A stretch of DNA of 51,456 nucleotides, filler included, from Jimgerdemannia flammicorona (taxonomy: Eukaryota): NCBI GenBank assembly GCA_003990765.1. It is 2 parts of 2 records of this genome, joined end to end, with 100 filler letters (N's around TTAATTAATTAA, not from the genome) between each part and the next. Parts side by side here need not be neighbours in the genome. Positions count along the whole stretch, not along the records: positions 25,787 to 51,456 come from RBNJ01000805.1; 1 more part is not named here. One strand, given 5' to 3'. This document shows, piece by piece, positions 45,951 to 51,456 of this stretch. Every line of letters begins with the position of its first letter. Position 1 is the stretch's first letter. Both the position numbers and the translations under genes were made by a program. Under the pieces are notes generated by a model. That model saw only the letters and a list, made by a program, of their open reading frames with translations. It was not told where the DNA came from and did not search any database.

Positions 45951-47979
45951 ATAGCGACCAACGAGCATCCGGAGGTGCGTACTGGGCAGGGTGACCCTGG
46001 GGCATTTGAATGGCAACAAGTGGGGAGAGGCCCCAGCTTGGGGGGAATTATGAGGGGCCTGCTGGCAGGAGGCCGTGGTGGAGGAAGGGGTGGAGCTGGG
46101 GGTCAAGGGTCTGGCAGAGTGAGCTTTGAGGAGAAGGTGAAGGGGGGTCGGCAGGGAGCTGGACTAGAGAGCTGGCTGAGAGGGGGGAAGGTACCAGTGA
46201 CGACTACCAGGCAGCAACCTCTTGGGGGTACCTCTCTGGAGGGCCATAGGGGTGGAGCTAGGGGGGTAGCAGCTGGGCAGAGACTGCTGATGGGGGTGTG
46301 ACTGGTGATCTGGAAAAAAATCTAGATGGGACTGCTGATGGTGAGCCGAGCGGTGGGAAGGGCATGAGGCCTAGGGACCTGGCAGATGGTATAATGGGAC
46401 TGGTGGTAGCTCCGTTACTCAAGAAGTCGATCTTGGCGTTCACAGTCACACTGTGCTTCCGGGGATTAGCAGTGACGGCGAAAATGGTGTTAGGGCTTAT
46501 TGCTAAGCAGATAGCAGGAGCGGCTTCAGTGAAGTTTCTGAAAGGGCTGGAGGGGGTGGTGGTGGGTTTTGAGGAGGTTGAACCACTGGAGGAGGCACTG
46601 AAGGTTGGGTTGGTAGTTGGAGAGGTGTGTGTTCTGATGGCAAGGTGTTTGAAATGGGATCCGAGGGTGGTCCAATTGTTGATAAAAGGAGTACCCATGG
46701 TGACAGCGATGGAGACAAGGAAGAGAGTAGAGGATGTCATGGCAGAGTACGGGGAGGTGGTGGATATCAGGTTCAGGGTCTAGGAAGGGACCATGCTCAG
46801 GACTGGAGACGTGGATGTGAGGATTAGGCTAGCTGGGAAAGAGGCTACTGGGAAGGCGAGGGACTGGTCTTCGGTGATGGTGTGGGGAGCGTTCCTGTGC
46901 AAGGTGACATGGGTGAAAGGAAGTGAAGAAGAGGAGGAAGATTTATTGGAAGCACTGGAAGAACTGGATGGGGCTGTGGAGCAGTGAGCTAAGGCCTGGA
47001 AGACTTTCAAGGAGTTGACACACCTGGAGGTAGTGGATGGAAAGAGGATTCAAGTGGACAAGGTGCAGTGGGAAAGGGCTCAGGGGCGGAAGAGGCAGAA
47101 GGATCTGCTGGCTAAACTGGGGGGTGGACTACCAAAGGAGGGGAGCATGAAGCCAGGTGCAGAAGGGCCGGAGCGAGTGTCTGGGCTGGTGAGAGGAGTG
47201 GGAACGATGGGGTGATGACAGGGAAGGCAAAAGAGGTGAGGATTAGCGACCCATATGCTGATGGCACCTTGGAGGTTTGGGATGAAGGCTGGGAGGACTC
47301 CCCCACCCCTTTCCCTCTTATCAGACATGGCCCGGCTTCCAGGAACAAGTCTGGGGAGGACATGATGATGCTGGGGACACAGCAGATGAAATTCAGCATC
47401 CCGGAGGTTATGGATGGGGACCAAGAAGTGGTGGCTGGGGAGGAGGAACTGGTGGACATCCTGGAGGTGTGGGATGAGGATGCGAGTGCTGGAGCTGACA
47501 CCACGATGATGGATGGAGGGCGGCCAGCAACCCCTGGTGGGAAGGAGGTGGGGAACCTACTTTGGATGTGTCGGATGATGAATAACCTAGCGGCGGAAGA
47601 GCTGGGGGAGGTGGACTTGCAAGGGATGAGTGACAAGCACTGGATGTGAATTCTGCAGAGGGAAGGAGTGGCGATGGCCCTGAAGGCAGAGATTCTTGCA
47701 GTGTATCTGGAGGAGGAAGGGTATGAGGTGGACAAGGAGAGGGAGGCAGAGTTGGCGGTTGTCATGGGGGAGAAGGCTGAGTACTGTTGGAACAGGTGTC
47801 ATGGATTGCAGCTCTGACAGGAGGCTTGCATTGAGTACAGAGAGGAGTTTGAGGAGAAGGCTGATGAGGAGATGAATGAGCTGCTGGCTGGATTGGAGGC
47901 TCAGAGGGCTGAAGAAGAGGAGGTGATGGCTGAACATAATCTGGACATGGCACAGGAGGGGATGGGCACGGAGCAGTAG
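45951..47979 (+). pseudogene. LINE D ORF1
   Basis: Fragments 45975-46301, 46298-46783, 46793-46987 and 47212-47649 align with B ORF1. Confidence 0.9.
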
Positions 47980-48009
47980 GGATTGATTGAGAACAAACAG
48001 TATTTTATC

Positions 48010-51000
48010 ATAAACAATACAACCAACATTTTTTCTTTGAATGTCAAAGGGCTAAGGGGCGCCAGTAGGTGCAGGAACATTTTTATTTGATTGAAGGGAC
48101 TGGAGGCTGATCTCTTCCTCTTGCAGGATGTCCGGTGTGAGGATGATTCTGATAGGATGGAATGGACTAAGGAATGGGGTGGAGAGGCGATTTGGAATGG
48201 CAAGGTAGGGATTCTGGTTAGGAAAGGCAGAGGGGAGATAAGGGATGTGAGGAGCTGGGGGGAGAGACTGGTCTGGGGTGAGTGGATTCATGCCAGTTGG
48301 GAGCCAGTTACTGTTGGCTCCTGTTACTGCCCCACTGTGCGGGGGGAGTGTGTGGATTGGGTGAATGGGCTCTTAGAGAGTGGGATCCTTGCTGAAGCTG
48401 GGTTGGATATGCTTGAAGGGATTTCAATATGGTTTGAGATGTACAGCTAGATAGAACTGATGGAGGACAGGGGGCTGTGAGCAGGAGTGGGGGGCTGGCA
48501 ATATGGGAGGAGGTCAAAAGGCTAGGAGCGCTGGTAGATGCTGGTAGGGAGTACTGGGGGGACAAGAAGGTATATATGCATTGGGCTGGAGGGCTGGGGA
48601 CTAGGATTGACTGGATTCTGATGGCCAACTGTTGGGGCTGTGATGTTTGGAAGGTGCTTGAGGTGGAATGGTGTCCGTGGTCCGATCACTGGGGCCTTTT
48701 GGGACAGGGGTGTTTTGGGGGAAGTGGTGAGGGGCCTGGACATTGGCGCCTAAATTCCTCCTTGTTGGATGATGAGTCCCAGTGGGAAGAGTGGGTGATA
48801 GACATTCAGCTGAAGGTGGAGAAGTGGTGGCAGGAAGGGGCCGCAATAGGGGTTCTGTGGATGAGGATGAAAGTGATGGCCAGGGTATACTGGAGTGAGG
48901 CTGGCAGAGTGGCTGGGAAGCAGCAAAGGCGGAGGGTACATTGGGCTTCTACTAGATTGGCTAGGCTCCTGGAGGAGTGGGCGCGACTGGCAGTAGTGGA
49001 GGGTGAAGAGGATTGGAGAACAATGAGGGTGAAGATGGAGGTTGGGGAACTGCAACAAGTGCTGCGGGAAGAGGAAGAGCTGAGGATACAAGGCCTGGTG
49101 GCAAGGCTGCAGTGGCAGGGGCTGGAGGAAGGGGAGAGGCCTACCAAGTTTCTCACAAGGACACTTCGAGCAAGAAGGGTTCAGCAGTGGTGGGACGGGG
49201 TACTTGACCTAGATGGTGTACTAGTGCATGGTATACAGGATATCCTTGGAACCCTGAAGGCGTGGTGGAGTGGATTGTGGAGTGAGGAGGAGGGTGGGGC
49301 AGATGCTACAGCCATTGACCAAACATTAGAAGATTGGCGCCCACCGCAAGCTGTAGGGGTGGATGATCTGGTGCTGCCTGTAAAGGAGGATGAAATCTGC
49401 CAGGTTCTTGCTGCGACAACCTCAGGTATGGTGCCTGGAGAGGATGGCCTACCCTGGGACTTCTGGAAGCGAATGGCTGGAGTCCCAGGCATGTTGGGGG
49501 AGTTGACAGCACTGTGTGACTTTATATTGCAGTCAGGGAGATGGGTGGGGGAGCAGGATCTTGGACTGGTGACACTGCTTTATAAGAACAAAGGAAGGTG
49601 AGAGGATTGGAAGAATTGGCGGCCGATCATGTTGCTAGATATGGATAGAAAGTTGGTGACTAAGGTGGTGGTCACAAGGCTACAGAAGGTAGCCCAGCAA
49701 ATTGTCGGAGCTGAGCAGAGGGGCTTCATAGGGGGTCAGCTTATTAGAGATGGCATGGCCTGGGTACATGGAGTTATTGAAGGTGCTCGAGCCTGTGGAC
49801 TGGATGGGTGTCTTGTCTTCTTGGACCAGGAGAAGGCTTATGACCAGGTGTGGCAAGTCTGGCTGGCGAAAGTATTGGATAGAATTGGGGTTCCGGTCCT
49901 GTTTCAGTCGGTGATGGTCAGTCTACTGGAAAGGAGTAGGGCTGCGCTTGTGTGTAATGGGCATAGAGGGGTTGCATTCCCTCTGGGTAGGGGAGTGCCC
50001 CAGGGGGACCCACTGTCCCCCATTTTGTATGCTCTTTCTTTGGAACCTCTAATGGACAGGATTCAGCGGAGGATTGTGGGGCTATCTATCTATGGAGTTG
50101 GCTGGAAAGTTGGAGCCTTTGCAGATGACATGGTGGTTGGTTTGGGAGTGACTGCTGATATTGAGGAGCTCAAGAAGACGGTGGAGTGGTATGAGGAGAA
50201 CTCTGGGGCGAAGTTGAATTGGCACAAGTGCAAAACAATAGTGCTGGGCAATGGCCTGGTGGGCGGAGAGGTTATTGGAACAATTGTCCCCACCGGAGAG
50301 GCAGTGCCATACTTGGGCATCTATTTGTCTGTTTATGGTTCTGTTCTGCCCAGGCTGTGGTGGGAGCAGAGGATTGGAGTTTGGGAGGAGGACCTGTGGG
50401 GTTGGGGGGGAAGACACTTCTCTCTGGCAGGGAGGATTTCGATTCTGAATGTATACTGGCTGCCAAAACTGTGGTATTTGGCTTATCATCTGGACTTCTC
50501 GGCCTGGGTGGTGAAGAGATTGATGAAAGTGGCCAAAGGATGGATTTGGGCTGGCAGATGGAGTCAAATTGGTTGGGAGACTTTGGCCCTACCAGTGGTG
50601 AGGGGTGGTCTTGGGCTGGTGGACTTCACCAAAAGACTGCACTGCTTGAGGGCATGGTGGCTTAAGAGGGCAGTGGAGTTGCATGGAGGGGGCTGGGTTC
50701 CCCTGTTGCAGAAGGTCTGGGAGAGGTGGGCATCACCAAGAGGCTCGACTGGCGATCTCCTTTCATTAGTTGGACTTCGGAACACTGCCCAACTAAGATA
50801 TAAAGGCTTCTGGTTAGGGATAGCCAAGGGGGCACACCACATTGGTATTTGCTGGCGAGGGGATGAGGGGGAGAGGGCTTGGGGCCCAGCGATGTGGAGA
50901 TGGGATGACATCATTCTGGAAGGTGTGCCTTTACTTGAGTTCAACATTGGTGATGGAATTGAATGCCAGAGGGGACCAGGCCAGGATCTGTGGCCTAGTG

Positions 51001-51456
51001 GTTGGCAAGGAGTTAGAATTGGTGAGGAGTGGGACTGGCATGGGGTTTGGACCTGGAGTGCTGCAGTGAAGAATTGGTTGCCGCCGAAGTACTGGGTGGT
51101 TTGGTGGCACATGCTGAGGAGGAATGTAATACTTAACTTCTGCTCAGGACACCTTGTAGTAGGGGGCTCTTTTGACTGTGAGGAGTGCCATAATGTAGGG
51201 CAGGAAGGGGGATTTGTACAGACACTCGACCATTGGCTAGGGGAGTGTGAGGTGTTGGGAGACTTTTGGCGGGCCATTGGGGACCGCTTGGGGGTGAGGC
51301 ATAGGGGAGATAATGTACGGGGGAGGTGAGAGGACCTGAGGGATCGATTGGTAGGAGGGGTAGGGGAGGAGTAGATTACTTTAGGCTGGGTGTTGGCTAT
51401 TTGGGTTGGGCTGGCTGGTCACTGGCTATTTGTATTTGAGGAGGAGAGGCAACAGA
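48010..51456 (+). pseudogene. LINE D ORF2 (APE-RT)
   Basis: RIDWI, SDH; 566-aa open segment with LDQEKAYD, GVPQGDPLSPILY, GAFADD, YLG and CEEC..DHWLGEC. Confidence 0.94.

Larger units (their letters stand above)
45872..51456 (+). mobile_element. LINE copy D, close relative of B; 3' end runs off the window
   Basis: 5' motif identical to B; ORF1 ~45951-47979 and ORF2 from 48010, both start codons ATG>ATA. Confidence 0.96.

Noticed and set aside
49629..51329. RT as a bacterial retron, group II intron or DGR enzyme
   Set aside because: It has an upstream APE domain and ORF1, and sister copy B has a poly-A tail and TSD, so it is a LINE.

Overview
Eukaryotic, almost certainly fungal DNA (Zn2Cys6 factor, Crinkler-type gene, spliceosomal introns; the Crinkler style suggests Mucoromycota, which is an inference). 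Two nested transposon piles flank a ~20 kb gene-poor host segment that contains an artificial N/TTAATTAATTAA/N join at 25687-25786. Left pile, mostly minus strand: L1/Tx1-type LINE (copy A) inside a Ty1/Copia relic that also holds an 8-bp-TSD MITE. The Copia sits in an older LTR element whose AT-rich upstream part carries a 1.54 kb solo LTR with its own ~272-codon ORF. Middle: tRNA-like fragment, a diverged ~2 kb duplication with KPAK-rich reading frames, a Zn2Cys6/coiled-coil gene, an LTR-like fragment and a disrupted Crinkler (Ubl header-NTPase-REase-like) gene. Right pile, plus strand: a heavily C>T/G>A-mutated Ty3/Gypsy (gag, protease, dUTPase, RT, RNase H). Its protease is split by a full-length LINE (copy B, 21-bp TSD, poly-A), and it is cut after RNase H by a second LTR holding LINE C, which in turn holds LINE D. 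Best leads: the dUTPase between protease and RT, the ORF-bearing LTR, RIP-like decay, and a G-rich LINE family with a conserved 22-nt 5' terminus and no ORF1 zinc knuckle. All calls are by eye; no database searches were run.
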